A DNA stretch of 64,000 nucleotides from Acidobacteriota bacterium. Its GTDB lineage: Bacteria; Acidobacteriota; UBA890; WLXD01. Positions within the stretch are counted from its first letter, which is position 1, and each line of letters opens with the position of its first letter. The translations under genes and the position numbers were made by a program. The notes under the pieces are model-generated. The model saw only the letters and a program-made list of their open reading frames with translations, searched no databases and was not told where the DNA came from. The stretch lies in NCBI GenBank assembly GCA_963666055.2, contig CAXWPH010000015.1:480001-544000 (forward strand), in the 5' to 3' direction. Of this stretch, positions 63,449 through 64,000 are shown one piece after another.

Positions 63449-63704
63449 TGCAGCCACGTTCGGGACCCGCGTGATCGGATTGTTCCGCCAGCGTCTGGAT
63501 TCCCAGGACGTTGCAATACTCCTGAGAATCGTGTGGTACCGCAGTCGCGAGGGGATGGATGGAGTCAGGCGAGCTCACCCGCGATCCCGAGTCCAGGCAG
63601 CGCTTCATGGAGCGAGGTATTTCGCCGCGTCGAAGCCGAATCCCCTACTGCACCCGGTAATCAGAATGTCCTGCGGGACGCACCGACTAGACATAGCTGA
63701 ATTC

Positions 63705-63766
63705 TAGTTTAGTCTAGGCTAACTTTTAATTAAGCCTAGCCTAACTTTTGTTTAGTCTGACTAGCT
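63705..63766. promoter_or_regulatory. Three tandem DtxR/IdeR/MntR-like operator boxes
   Basis: ttagtctaggctaa (63709), ttaagcctagcctaa (63730), ttagtctgactag (63752); about 21-22 bp period. Confidence 0.6.
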
Positions 63767-63872
63767 CACAAGAATCGATCCGACGGGGTGGAATCTGCAC
63801 AATGAAAACCAATGCCAGGAAACTGGAAAGTACCAAGTGTCTGGAACACTCGAACTTTACGGAGGGAATCTC

Positions 63873-64000
63873 ATGAGCCTCCTCCGCGTCGGCCTTCTTC
63901 TGGCACCCCTCATGTTGGCTGGCACGGCGTACGCCCAGGGTGGATCCAGCCAGAGCACGTCAAACAGGGCCCATCTCCGGCTACATGGAGATGCACTACA
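63873..64000 (+). CDS. Secreted/porin-like protein, partial (possible frameshift near 63960)
   Basis: GGAGGG RBS, signal peptide MSLLRVGLLLAPLMLAGTAYA; shifted frame reads GPISGYMEMHY. Confidence 0.5.
   Translation, partial: MSLLRVGLLLAPLMLAGTAYAQGGSSQSTSNRAHLRLHGDAL

Overview
GC-rich (roughly 65%) bacterial DNA, most consistent with Acidobacteriota (inferred from gene content). It has three parts. (1) 1-8.7 kb is an accessory region next to the 3' end of tRNA-Asp. It holds PQQ dehydrogenases, a CocE/NonD hydrolase, tRNA-fMet and tRNA-Thr att-like fragments, an IS3-family scar and gene remnants. (2) 8.7-41.3 kb is mostly core chromosome: tRNA-Asp/Val, the tilS-ftsH-folP-cdaA-cdaR-glmM-pdxJ operon, tRNA-Met, carD, rnd, peptidases, mscS and others. 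(3) 41.3-64 kb is a genomic island at tRNA-Leu(CAA) with an intact tyrosine integrase and an excisionase-like gene, followed by mostly secreted catabolic cargo. The most unusual feature is that both accessory regions are punctuated by about 14 fragments of one Ser/Thr kinase-TolB-propeller gene family. Seven are copies of its 3' end (NW..ELKRLVPT.., with conservation often extending past the stop codon) and seven are 5' or internal pieces. They sit at the boundaries between cargo genes, like a cassette array, and no intact member of the family is present in either accessory region. Several single-base frameshifts may be sequencing errors.
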